IMG/VR virus record: IMGVR_UViG_3300048881_000780
Source of the DNA: a virus
Taxonomy: Duplodnaviria > Caudoviricetes
Reading direction: 5' to 3' (one strand)
DNA: 64,000 nt
Shown here: positions 9,993 through 18,386 of the stretch, piece after piece
Numbering within the stretch: position 1 is the stretch's first letter
Layout: each line of letters opens with the position of its first letter
The notes under the pieces: generated by a model
Told to the model about the DNA's origin: nothing
The model's database searches: none
Seen by the model: the letters and a program-made list of their open reading frames with translations, nothing else
Position numbers and translations under genes: made by a program

Positions 9993-10502
9993 ATGTGGAA
10001 CAAAACTAGAGAATTCAATGTTGAAGTATTAACAACAGAAGAACACGATAGAATAATGAAAGAACATAGAGAAGGTGCTGTTCGCTACCCTCTATTAGTT
10101 ATTAGAGAAAATATCTTTCGTCATATCAAGTCTCTTAATGATAACTACTCGAGAGATGAAGTTATAGGTCTATATCAAGATGTTTACAGAAAAGAAGACC
10201 TCTTTGATATGTGTATAAAGAAAGAGATTCCTTTTGATATTTTATTTTCAAAGCAATTTATTCACATGTTATTTCTAATCTCTAAAGATTGCGATATTTC
10301 TTATATCAAAGGTGTTGAGAAAGACTCTAAAGAGAGACTTATCCGTGGTGGAGAAGTAACTCTTTGGCGCCTTGATGAGGCCCGAGAAAAGATCAAGCAA
10401 TTCAAAGATGAAAATGAAAAGCACGATCTATTACAAAAAAGAAGAACTGCTGAAACTCCAATGAGAGACTTCATGCACGAAATCAAAAAGACTATTGCTT
10501 AA
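9993..10502 (+). CDS. Hypothetical protein
   Basis: 169 aa, SD present. Confidence 0.75.
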   Translation: MWNKTREFNVEVLTTEEHDRIMKEHREGAVRYPLLVIRENIFRHIKSLNDNYSRDEVIGLYQDVYRKEDLFDMCIKKEIPFDILFSKQFIHMLFLISKDCDISYIKGVEKDSKERLIRGGEVTLWRLDEAREKIKQFKDENEKHDLLQKRRTAETPMRDFMHEIKKTIA

Positions 10503-10512
10503 ACCAATAAAA

Positions 10513-10535
10513 GTGGTCACTTTTCTAGTGACCAC
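10513..10535 (+). terminator. Hairpin after ORF 9993 (possible terminator)
   Basis: GTGGTCACT-tttct-AGTGACCAC; no U-tract on the + strand. Confidence 0.45.
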
Positions 10536-10632
10536 CCTCATATAACTATCTAATAATTCAATATTAACATTCTCATCATATTTTGGTGTTATACTCTCTT
10601 CGCACAAAAAATATCCCACGGGAGTTAAATAT

Positions 10633-11001
10633 ATGAGTCACCTAACTAAAGAGTTTATTGAAAAACAAAGAAAGCTTCTACTTTCGCAAAAGAGCTCAAT
10701 ATTAAATCACATGAAGTTAAATGAAATAGAAGACCTCAGACCAGATCCGGACCAGATTGTAGAAGAGGTGGAAAAGGGACAGGTATATGCATCTCAGAGC
10801 TTAAGCATGAACTTGAGAGAGCGAGAGCTTAAGAATCTCCATGAAATAGAAGAGGCCCTCTATAGAATTGAGGTGGGTAGTTATGGTATATGTGAAGAAA
10901 CGGGAGAGGAAATAACTATTGCAAGACTTGAAAAGATTCCTTGGGTAAGACTATCTGTTGAGGCGCAAGAAGAAATAGAGAGATCTCAAATGGCCGCGTA
11001 A
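10633..11001 (+). CDS. dksA: DksA/TraR family transcription factor (single-Cys, probably Zn-free)
   Basis: RERE.K.L.EIEEAL.RI..GSYGICEETGEEI..ARLE.IPW.RLS signature. Confidence 0.9.
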   Translation: MSHLTKEFIEKQRKLLLSQKSSILNHMKLNEIEDLRPDPDQIVEEVEKGQVYASQSLSMNLRERELKNLHEIEEALYRIEVGSYGICEETGEEITIARLEKIPWVRLSVEAQEEIERSQMAA

Positions 11002-11010
11002 TATTGAATT

Positions 11011-11042
11011 TACTTATATATACAATTTTGTATATATAAGTA
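11011..11042. terminator. Perfect AT-rich 15-bp inverted repeat between convergent genes
   Basis: TACTTATATATACAA-TT-TTGTATATATAAGTA. Confidence 0.6.
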
Positions 11043-11142
11043 GATTAATGTGAAAACTAAATTCGGGTAAGAGTGGAATTTAAACGTTAAAAATCACTAG
11101 ATATGATCACATTTAGTGATTACATTCCTATGAAACTGGAAA

Positions 11143-11916
11143 CTAAGTGTGAAATAACTCATCCTCTTGAGACTTATTATCTTTCTCGCTTTTACTTCTG
11201 GCGGCGAGTTCAATAATTTTTAAATGTAGATATTCATTCCAAAAATCAAGTTCATCCTCATCTTTTAGATCTAAATGAGCTGATAGGTGATCTTTGAAAT
11301 TCTCAATATCTTTACCCAGGTAGAGCCCTAAAATCTCATAAATTGAAGAGAGAACAGGATTGTAAACACTCTCATCTCTAACGACTTCTTTTAATTCATT
11401 TGCGAGTGGAACAAATAATTCCAATCGCTCTCTGGAGTCTATATTGTGATCACCATCAAATGTATAGAAGTGGGTCTTAACATCAACTAAACTATCTCTT
11501 TCTATAGAGTCAGCTATATAAATTGAAGCAAAGGTATTTGCCCTAGAGTGCTCCGCAAGAAGCATTTCAAGAAACTCAGAAAATATTGCAAAGTCCTTAT
11601 CTCGTCTTTGAAAGAGCGTAAATTCAACACTACTGTATTTAAAATCTACAAATAAGTAGAAGCAAATATGATTTTTATCGAGTTCATTTCTTTGTTCAAT
11701 GAGCTCCATTTTCTTTGCTTCAACATGTTTAAAGAATGCTGTTTCATCTTGATCTCTAATAATTCTTAAAAATTGTGAGTCAATACCATCAATCTTTGGA
11801 GATACCCTGATGTCGAGATCTAAATCCTTTATTCCAACTTCTGTATAATTTAAATTGGAAGACTTTGTAATATTATCTAAAATCTCAGCTACTTTTGCTT
11901 CTCTATCTCTTATCAT
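11143..11916 (-). CDS. Hypothetical acidic protein
   Basis: 257 aa, abuts the exonuclease gene. Confidence 0.75.
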   Translation of the reverse strand: MIRDREAKVAEILDNITKSSNLNYTEVGIKDLDLDIRVSPKIDGIDSQFLRIIRDQDETAFFKHVEAKKMELIEQRNELDKNHICFYLFVDFKYSSVEFTLFQRRDKDFAIFSEFLEMLLAEHSRANTFASIYIADSIERDSLVDVKTHFYTFDGDHNIDSRERLELFVPLANELKEVVRDESVYNPVLSSIYEILGLYLGKDIENFKDHLSAHLDLKDEDELDFWNEYLHLKIIELAARSKSEKDNKSQEDELFHT

Positions 11917-11917
11917 A

Positions 11918-12877
11918 TTACTCTCTCACTAATCTTGAGTTTCTATATATTTTTGACAGCATCCCATCAATTTTATCTACAAAGTTATACACTGGCGGAG
12001 CATGAAATTTTTGTAATGAATAAGGTCTCTTTGATTTCATGTAACCACTATCTTTAATTGCTTTATTTAAAGTTTCTAGGGTTTCTTCTACCTCGTCAAC
12101 ACAAACTTTCTTATACCAAACTTTATTATCATTATACCATACAGGACGAATAGCTTCTTTCGCCACGTCTTTTACGTCATATTGTAATCCAACTAGAAAT
12201 AAGTATACCTTATCTTTTAGACCTCTCTCAATCATGACTTTTAAATAGTCTTTCATTGTAAGAAGAAGAGAAAGGGCTTTAACGTCATTTATGGCCTTAT
12301 GACCAATAAACTCAACCCCATGATATGTCATCAAACTTTCTTGCTTGTGATTAATGAACTCAGTCCACGGACCATCTTCGTAAGAACAGAGACAAGTTGG
12401 AACTTCATCTTTAGTGAATCCCATCTTTTTAAAACCCTGTTTATCAAAGGACATATTGTGAGCAATAATAAAATCAACATCCTTTAAAAAATCTTTCACT
12501 TCTTGATTATCTATTTTATGTCCGGCCACCATTTCATCATCAATACCCGTAAGCTCAGTAATAAATTCAGATATCGGCATACCTGGATCATTATATCGAT
12601 GAAGGGTTCCTAGTTGCCCTAAGAACTTAAAGTTCTCATCAAAACAAAGCTTTACCATAGCAAGCTCTATAATTTCATCAGTGGTTGATAATTTGGTACC
12701 AGTTGTCTCGAGATCAAAAGTCACTAGAACTTTAGACCCTTCAGGTGCCTTATCCAATTTAGGAAAAGTTAAATCAAATAGCTTTTCTAGATTCTCATCA
12801 TCTAATTTTGATACTTCAACCTTTGGGACTTCTAACCCTTTGATATCAATAAAATTTTCATTAAAAAACTTTTTCAT
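11918..12877 (-). CDS. DEDDh 3'-5' exonuclease (DnaQ/epsilon-like)
   Basis: ExoI FDLETTG, ExoII AHNMSFD, ExoIII HKAIND. Confidence 0.9.
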   Translation of the reverse strand: MKKFFNENFIDIKGLEVPKVEVSKLDDENLEKLFDLTFPKLDKAPEGSKVLVTFDLETTGTKLSTTDEIIELAMVKLCFDENFKFLGQLGTLHRYNDPGMPISEFITELTGIDDEMVAGHKIDNQEVKDFLKDVDFIIAHNMSFDKQGFKKMGFTKDEVPTCLCSYEDGPWTEFINHKQESLMTYHGVEFIGHKAINDVKALSLLLTMKDYLKVMIERGLKDKVYLFLVGLQYDVKDVAKEAIRPVWYNDNKVWYKKVCVDEVEETLETLNKAIKDSGYMKSKRPYSLQKFHAPPVYNFVDKIDGMLSKIYRNSRLVRE

Positions 12878-12933
12878 AATTTTTCTCCTAATTCTATGAT
12901 AGCACGCACAAAAGAGCTCAACAACTTATTTAT

Positions 12934-12948
12934 TAACATATTACGTTA
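12934..12948. promoter_or_regulatory. Palindromic operator upstream of the exonuclease
   Basis: TAACATATTACGTTA. Confidence 0.75.
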
Positions 12949-12952
12949 TAGT

Positions 12953-15346
12953 TTAATTACCGTCTCCCTTTAGGACCTTTAAGCGCTTTTTAGCGCCATT
13001 GATGATACTTTTAGGGATTCCGGAGGTTTGTGCTGTATAGATACCAAATGCTTGCTCTGTGATGCCATTAACGACCTCATAGAGGTACTCCACACTCCCC
13101 TCTTCAGGATTTGCTCGATAATTCATATAAACGCTCATGCAGTCAGCCTTATCAGAATTCTCTCTAACTACATCTAGAAAGTGGGAAGCGAAAAATACCT
13201 GAGACTCATTATTATTTATCAATTCAGATAAAAGTGATCCAGCGATGGCCTCTCCTTCTTTTGGAGTGGTTCCCCTACCTACTTCATCTAAAAAGAGAAT
13301 AGATTCTTTATTCTTTGCATTTAATACGTATGACAACTCGAGCATTTCTGTTTGAAATGTACTGGCCTCTTTATCTTGAGTATCTAATTTTGTCAGAATA
13401 TGATTATAGGGATATGTTGCAAAATCGTTAAATACATAACCACCTATCCTAGACATTACAATTAACTCAGCCATTGTTCTCATGAGATATGATTTACCTG
13501 ACCCATTTGGGCCTGTTAGCATGACAACCTTATTCTTGGCATCTATTGATAATGGGACCAAGTCTTCATTTTTTATTTCCTGCATTTGAGTACATCTAAT
13601 GCCATTTTTCATAACTACTTTTCTTTCGACAAGAAATTCTGGCCTTCTTAAATTAAGTTCTATGGCCTGGGCAGTAAAGGCCAATAGACAATCAATCTGA
13701 GCAATGTGCCAATCTAGAATATTTAGCGAATCCTGAATAGACAGTACAAATTCAGATAATTCTTTAATTAAGTTATCTTCAAATTCCTTTAGATTATCGG
13801 TAAATGTTTGCAGTCTTACTGACAGTTTTCTCATTTCCTTAGTTTCAAATTTTGAACTATTCTTTAATCCCTTCACTAGAACTGCGTCAGGATAAATTTC
13901 TTTAAATTTTTCGATATTTTTAAGATTAACTTCAATTGTTATATCATTTTTTTGAGTCTTCTTAATCTTACAAGGAAACCCACATTTCTTAGATAAATCT
14001 AACTCTCTTTTAACTAAGGTTTCCTTAATATTTACATTACTGTCTACTAATTCGTAATACTCAGGAAACTTATCTTCACTAAGAGGGAAACCTTCTTTTG
14101 TAATAAAATAGTCTTCGTTAAAACAAGAACTTAATCTATTTGAGATTTTATTGAATGATTCATTTAACTGATATTCTTTAATATTTAATTTCTTTGAAAC
14201 TTTTAAATGGGATTCTATAGATCTTCCCAGTTTAAAAAAATCTCTTAAATTTGATTTGTTTTTTAGAGTTTTTCCAACCATTAATCTGTAATTAATGATC
14301 GATCCTAGTTGATTAACTAAATCACCTACCTCTTTAGGTTTTAATAGAAGTTCTGATATATACTCATGAGATCGATTAGTCATTTCAAACTCTGGAAAAA
14401 ATCTGACCCTATTAGAAAATTCTCTCTTACCTTGTGGTGTCTTTAAATATTTCTCATAAAATAAAGACTCTAAACTATCTATCCTTAGAGACTTAATGCT
14501 ATTCTCATTAAGAGAGCGTGTCACTTCTCTCATGTTGTTAAATTCAAAAGTAGTCCCCTTTTTATAAAAGAATGATCGAGAAACTAGAATTAATCGTGAC
14601 AACATCTCAAAGTGTTTTAAAGTCTCATCATCTAGACCTTGTTTTAGAATCTGAGGGTTCACTTGTTTCAGATTCACATACCCTTCCTGATAAGATAGTG
14701 AGCAAACACTTTCAATCTTCTTGAACTCTTTAACTAAAGCACTCTCTTCTCCGTATGAGAAATCATGATTTACATAGAATACATCTTTCATGTCATTTGA
14801 GATCACTTCCGATAGGAAGTTCTTCATGTCTCCATCAAATAAAGGCCCTACATCAAATTTAAGGTTTATAGTATCTATACTGACATATGTAATTTGTGAT
14901 TTACTATTTTTATAAATTAAGCACTTATTGAATCTTTGTTCTTGGTGAGTATTTATTGATAAAGGGTTTGATGCTGTGATGATATCAGTGATTTCTCTTA
15001 TCTTAGAGCCATCCTCCCTAGATCCCACCTGGTCAGCGATAGCAAAGTTTATTCCATCCCCCTGAAGTTTTAATGCCCAATCCTCGAGCTTTGAAAGTGG
15101 AAAACCACCCATAGGAATCTTACTCTCCCCTAAATTTCCTCTGTGAGTAAGGGTTAAATTTAGCTTATCAGACATAACTCTAGCGTCATCAAATAATACC
15201 TCATAGAAGTCCCCAAGAGCGAATAACAGTATATAATCACTAGGGATACTAGTTCTTAAATTGTAATACTCTTCAATCGTTTTAGTGAATCTCAACCCTT
15301 TTTGACGTGCTTCTTTTAATATCATTACCGTCTTATTCATTAACAA
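12953..15346 (-). CDS. mutS: Divergent MutS (mismatch-binding domain plus ATPase)
   Basis: GDFYE mismatch motif; GPNGSGKS, STF..EM, DEVGRGT, ASHF, C-terminal helix-turn-helix FGI..A..SGIP. Confidence 0.92.
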   Translation of the reverse strand: MLMNKTVMILKEARQKGLRFTKTIEEYYNLRTSIPSDYILLFALGDFYEVLFDDARVMSDKLNLTLTHRGNLGESKIPMGGFPLSKLEDWALKLQGDGINFAIADQVGSREDGSKIREITDIITASNPLSINTHQEQRFNKCLIYKNSKSQITYVSIDTINLKFDVGPLFDGDMKNFLSEVISNDMKDVFYVNHDFSYGEESALVKEFKKIESVCSLSYQEGYVNLKQVNPQILKQGLDDETLKHFEMLSRLILVSRSFFYKKGTTFEFNNMREVTRSLNENSIKSLRIDSLESLFYEKYLKTPQGKREFSNRVRFFPEFEMTNRSHEYISELLLKPKEVGDLVNQLGSIINYRLMVGKTLKNKSNLRDFFKLGRSIESHLKVSKKLNIKEYQLNESFNKISNRLSSCFNEDYFITKEGFPLSEDKFPEYYELVDSNVNIKETLVKRELDLSKKCGFPCKIKKTQKNDITIEVNLKNIEKFKEIYPDAVLVKGLKNSSKFETKEMRKLSVRLQTFTDNLKEFEDNLIKELSEFVLSIQDSLNILDWHIAQIDCLLAFTAQAIELNLRRPEFLVERKVVMKNGIRCTQMQEIKNEDLVPLSIDAKNKVVMLTGPNGSGKSYLMRTMAELIVMSRIGGYVFNDFATYPYNHILTKLDTQDKEASTFQTEMLELSYVLNAKNKESILFLDEVGRGTTPKEGEAIAGSLLSELINNNESQVFFASHFLDVVRENSDKADCMSVYMNYRANPEEGSVEYLYEVVNGITEQAFGIYTAQTSGIPKSIINGAKKRLKVLKGDGN

Positions 15347-15363
15347 AAATCCTTTTTAATTCA

Positions 15364-15399
15364 TAACGCTATATGTTATAATGTTAACAAGAAGTGTTA
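15364..15399. promoter_or_regulatory. Tandem operators in the divergent mutS/ATP-grasp promoter
   Basis: TAACGCTATATGTTA (15364-15378) and TAACAAGAAGTGTTA (15385-15399) flanking TATAAT. Confidence 0.8.
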
Positions 15400-15421
15400 A
15401 CTTAAGCAATGAGCTTTAAAA

Positions 15422-16141
15422 ATGAAACAACTATGCCTTTTTGACAATAATAACAACCAAATGGATCCATTTGTTGAGAAGCTCGTTCAACTCCACAGTT
15501 TACAAGGTGGACAAATAAAAAAGATTTCTTATTTCAATAGTTTAAAAAAGGGAGACCTTCTGGTTCCATTCTCATTTAGTGATGAATGGAGAGAATTTAT
15601 GGAGTCAAATGAGGATCTATTAGAGTATACATTCTCTAAAGATGCAAACTTCATGTCTCGAGTAGAATTTACAAATTATCTAATAGAGAAAGATATCCCA
15701 ACACTTTGTCATCTTGATCATAAAACTTGCGAACTCCCATTTATCCTAAAGGGAATGTCTTCCAACAGAAAGAGTAAAACTACTGAAATCAAATCACTAA
15801 ATGACTATAGTTGTGCAGTGGAGCAATTTGATAGCTTTATAGTTCAAGAAAAGAAAAATATTGAAGAAAATTTAAGAGTTCTGATTGTAAACTCTGAACC
15901 TGTCCTCTTTTATGTTAAATCCAAAAGTAACCCAATAGAAAAAGGCGTTATCCCTGAGGATATAATGAAATATGTTACATACATTATTAAAGATCTCAAT
16001 TTATCCCTGGCAAATATCTGCATAGTTAAGAGCGCTGGAACATTATACGTAAACAAGATCAACTTTTTTCCATGCTTACATAATTCTTTAAAAATTAATG
16101 AAAATATTCATGAAGTTATATGGAGTCACTATTTGAAGTAG
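15422..16141 (+). CDS. RimK-like ATP-grasp fold protein (degenerate)
   Basis: PFILK, FIVQE, LRVLIV, L.LANICIV, VNKIN..P align with RimK motifs. Confidence 0.6.
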   Translation: MKQLCLFDNNNNQMDPFVEKLVQLHSLQGGQIKKISYFNSLKKGDLLVPFSFSDEWREFMESNEDLLEYTFSKDANFMSRVEFTNYLIEKDIPTLCHLDHKTCELPFILKGMSSNRKSKTTEIKSLNDYSCAVEQFDSFIVQEKKNIEENLRVLIVNSEPVLFYVKSKSNPIEKGVIPEDIMKYVTYIIKDLNLSLANICIVKSAGTLYVNKINFFPCLHNSLKINENIHEVIWSHYLK

Positions 16142-16188
16142 ATCATTTTACGATAATAGATATATAGACAAAAAAAGAGGAAAATTTT

Positions 16189-16500
16189 ATGAGAGAATCC
16201 ATTATTGAATTAATCGAAGAATGCCACCCAGATGGACTTACTTTTCATTCAGATATTATTCATGGATGGATCGAAGTAAAGAGAGAGGTACTTGAAATAC
16301 TTGGAATCGCAGATAAAATCAGCTCTCACTCATCGCAAGAGGGAGATAGAGTATTTCTTGAAAGTGATGTCGACTCTAAGATATTTCTATCCGCCCTTAG
16401 GCAATTTGAAATTAATGAAGAGGATTATCTAATAAGACGAAAAGAGTATGAAAACACTGCCACCATTAGATTTTACGATAATTACTGCAATTTCAACTAA
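16189..16500 (+). CDS. Conserved mobile-element hypothetical protein (D..HGW..V / IS..S / LE.D.D)
   Basis: Motif pattern recognised from small phage/plasmid proteins; SD present. Confidence 0.7.
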   Translation: MRESIIELIEECHPDGLTFHSDIIHGWIEVKREVLEILGIADKISSHSSQEGDRVFLESDVDSKIFLSALRQFEINEEDYLIRRKEYENTATIRFYDNYCNFN

Positions 16501-16530
16501 GTAGAAGGAAGGATTTCTTACTTTCAAAGT

Positions 16531-16545
16531 TAACGCTCTGTGTTA
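16531..16545. promoter_or_regulatory. Palindromic operator overlapping the -10 of ORF 16556
   Basis: TAACGCTCTGTGTTA running into TACTAT, 6 nt before ATG. Confidence 0.75.
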
Positions 16546-16555
16546 CTATTAAAAC

Positions 16556-17026
16556 ATGAAAAGCACACACATAAAAATACTTACTGCCATCCTAATTACA
16601 TTTAACATCTCTGCATTCACTTGCAAGACAGAGAATCAAAAGAGAACGAATTACTGTAAATGCGTAACAAAAAAGACTAAATCTCTTGGTAAAGATGCAA
16701 TCTTTGAAAGAGAGAAGAGATTAGAATACAGTGAAATATGTTCCAAGAGGCACAATAGACTTCTTGAACATAACCAAGTTATGCGTAACTTATTTGATAG
16801 AGTTAATGAGGATTATAAAAATCAGCTAACTCAAAGATATGACACTATGTTAATGAGTGATGCCGAGTTCTTTTTACATTGTAATTACGTAAAAATTAAA
16901 GCTCTCTGTAGCGATTATAATACCCCATCGGGATTATTTAGATGCTACAAGAATGTCGAAATAGAAACTTATGATACCGTCTATAGGTCTTGTTTAAATC
17001 CTGTTCATAGACAAGTAAATATATAA
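16556..17026 (+). CDS. Secreted Cys-rich hypothetical protein
   Basis: Signal peptide, multiple Cys. Confidence 0.75.
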   Translation: MKSTHIKILTAILITFNISAFTCKTENQKRTNYCKCVTKKTKSLGKDAIFEREKRLEYSEICSKRHNRLLEHNQVMRNLFDRVNEDYKNQLTQRYDTMLMSDAEFFLHCNYVKIKALCSDYNTPSGLFRCYKNVEIETYDTVYRSCLNPVHRQVNI

Positions 17027-17036
17027 GAGTATCTGC

Positions 17037-18005
17037 CTACACTTTAAAGTAGGCAGTATTATCATCTCTGATTACTCTCTTATAGTTTTTTGCATCTTTT
17101 AGCTTTTTAAAATCTGACAAAGTTCCATAAAGAAGAACCTCTTCAACACCTTTAATTTTAGAAATTCCTCTAATCGATCTCTTAGAGATATCAATAACAG
17201 CAACTCTTTGTTTAGGTCCCTTAGTTGAAGTAGCCTTGTCAATCGTATTAAAAATTATCTCAAAATCGTAATCTTTAGATGAACCAACATCTCTAACAGT
17301 GATCTTATCAACAACATTCTTTAGTCCCATTAGGACTTTGAAATCCTTTCTCTGTGGGATACCAATTGTTGAAGTAATAATAGGATCAAGCGCCTTATAA
17401 CTTCTACTAAAGTTCTCTACACCAGATCTTCTAAGCACTGAGCTTGCTACTTTAGATTTACTTCCTTCACTTGATCTCTTAGTTTTTCTTGATTTAGTCA
17501 TAAGTTGACTCTCTAGAATAGTCTTAAACTCTACTTTATTTCTAGAGTCGCTATATGCCATCTCTAATGCATGTAAGATAACATCAGCTGTGTAATCTCT
17601 TTTTAATCTACTCGATAAAGTTGGGCCTAAGTAACCGTCTCTATCTGCTTGGATCGCTAACTTCATTGCCTCAAATGAAAGATTGATATCTTTAAACTTT
17701 ACAGCATTAACAATTCTCACATACCTCTTAATAGATGAGATTATTTCTTTTTCAGAGATTATATATTTCTTTTCTTTAGCTGTACTTTCAATAAATAGAA
17801 ATACTCTTGCTAGATTTTGAACTGTATCTTTATTTCTAACAAATGCGCTGTCACCAACTTTCTCTTTTACAGTTTCTCTAAGCCAAACTCTTGCTTCTTG
17901 AGTCTTTGTCAATTCTGGACGTGCCTTAGTTACTGTCTTTTTACGAACTGTTGATACTTTTTTCTTAGCTGTCTTCTTTGATTTCTTAGTTACTGCCACA
18001 CTCAC
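17037..18005 (-). CDS. Highly basic hypothetical protein with a Lys-rich N-terminal tail (possibly DNA-binding)
   Basis: KKSKKTAKKKVSTVRKK tail; AAGGAAGG SD. Confidence 0.75.
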   Translation of the reverse strand: MSVAVTKKSKKTAKKKVSTVRKKTVTKARPELTKTQEARVWLRETVKEKVGDSAFVRNKDTVQNLARVFLFIESTAKEKKYIISEKEIISSIKRYVRIVNAVKFKDINLSFEAMKLAIQADRDGYLGPTLSSRLKRDYTADVILHALEMAYSDSRNKVEFKTILESQLMTKSRKTKRSSEGSKSKVASSVLRRSGVENFSRSYKALDPIITSTIGIPQRKDFKVLMGLKNVVDKITVRDVGSSKDYDFEIIFNTIDKATSTKGPKQRVAVIDISKRSIRGISKIKGVEEVLLYGTLSDFKKLKDAKNYKRVIRDDNTAYFKV

Positions 18006-18221
18006 AACACACCTTCCTTAATATATTTCAAACTTTTATTAAAAGTCTTTTCAATTTAATTCTATTACTGATAAATCGGCTCTTCAAGAAAAATAGTATA
18101 ACGAATTTTGTTATATTTTAAATTTGCCTATTTTCAACCACTTATACACATACATTCTAGTTTTCTTGAGCGATTCTAAAGAAACCTTAAGAAAAATTTG
18201 CCAAATATTCTTGATACTAAG

Positions 18222-18245
18222 GTTCGATTCTCGCCACCTCCACCA
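18222..18245 (+). other. ssrA: 3-prime fragment of tmRNA (or Ala-type tRNA-like end); att-like core
   Basis: GTTCGATTCTCGCCACCTCCACCA = T-loop, 3' T-stem, acceptor strand with U70, A73 and CCA; 5' T-stem arm absent. Confidence 0.75.
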
Positions 18246-18298
18246 AAAATGTTGATTAATAAAGGGTATCGGAATGATTTGTGAAAAATATTAAAAAA

Positions 18299-18313
18299 TA
18301 ACACTAAATGTCA
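18299..18313. promoter_or_regulatory. Operator variant upstream of ORF 17037-18005
   Basis: TAACACTAAATGTCA (1 mismatch). Confidence 0.6.
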
Positions 18314-18357
18314 AGATTTATGTAAACTTAAGGAGTGGAAACATTTTTTATTTAAGA

Positions 18358-18378
18358 GGGCCCAAAGAATCTGGGCCC
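18358..18378 (-). terminator. Hairpin after the SGNH gene
   Basis: GGGCCCA-7 nt-TGGGCCC, 8 nt after the stop. Confidence 0.55.
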
Positions 18379-18386
18379 ATAGATAT

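Noticed and set aside
18150-18245. Complete tRNA or tmRNA gene
   Set aside because: The 5' T-stem arm and 5' acceptor strand are absent; only a 3' fragment is present.
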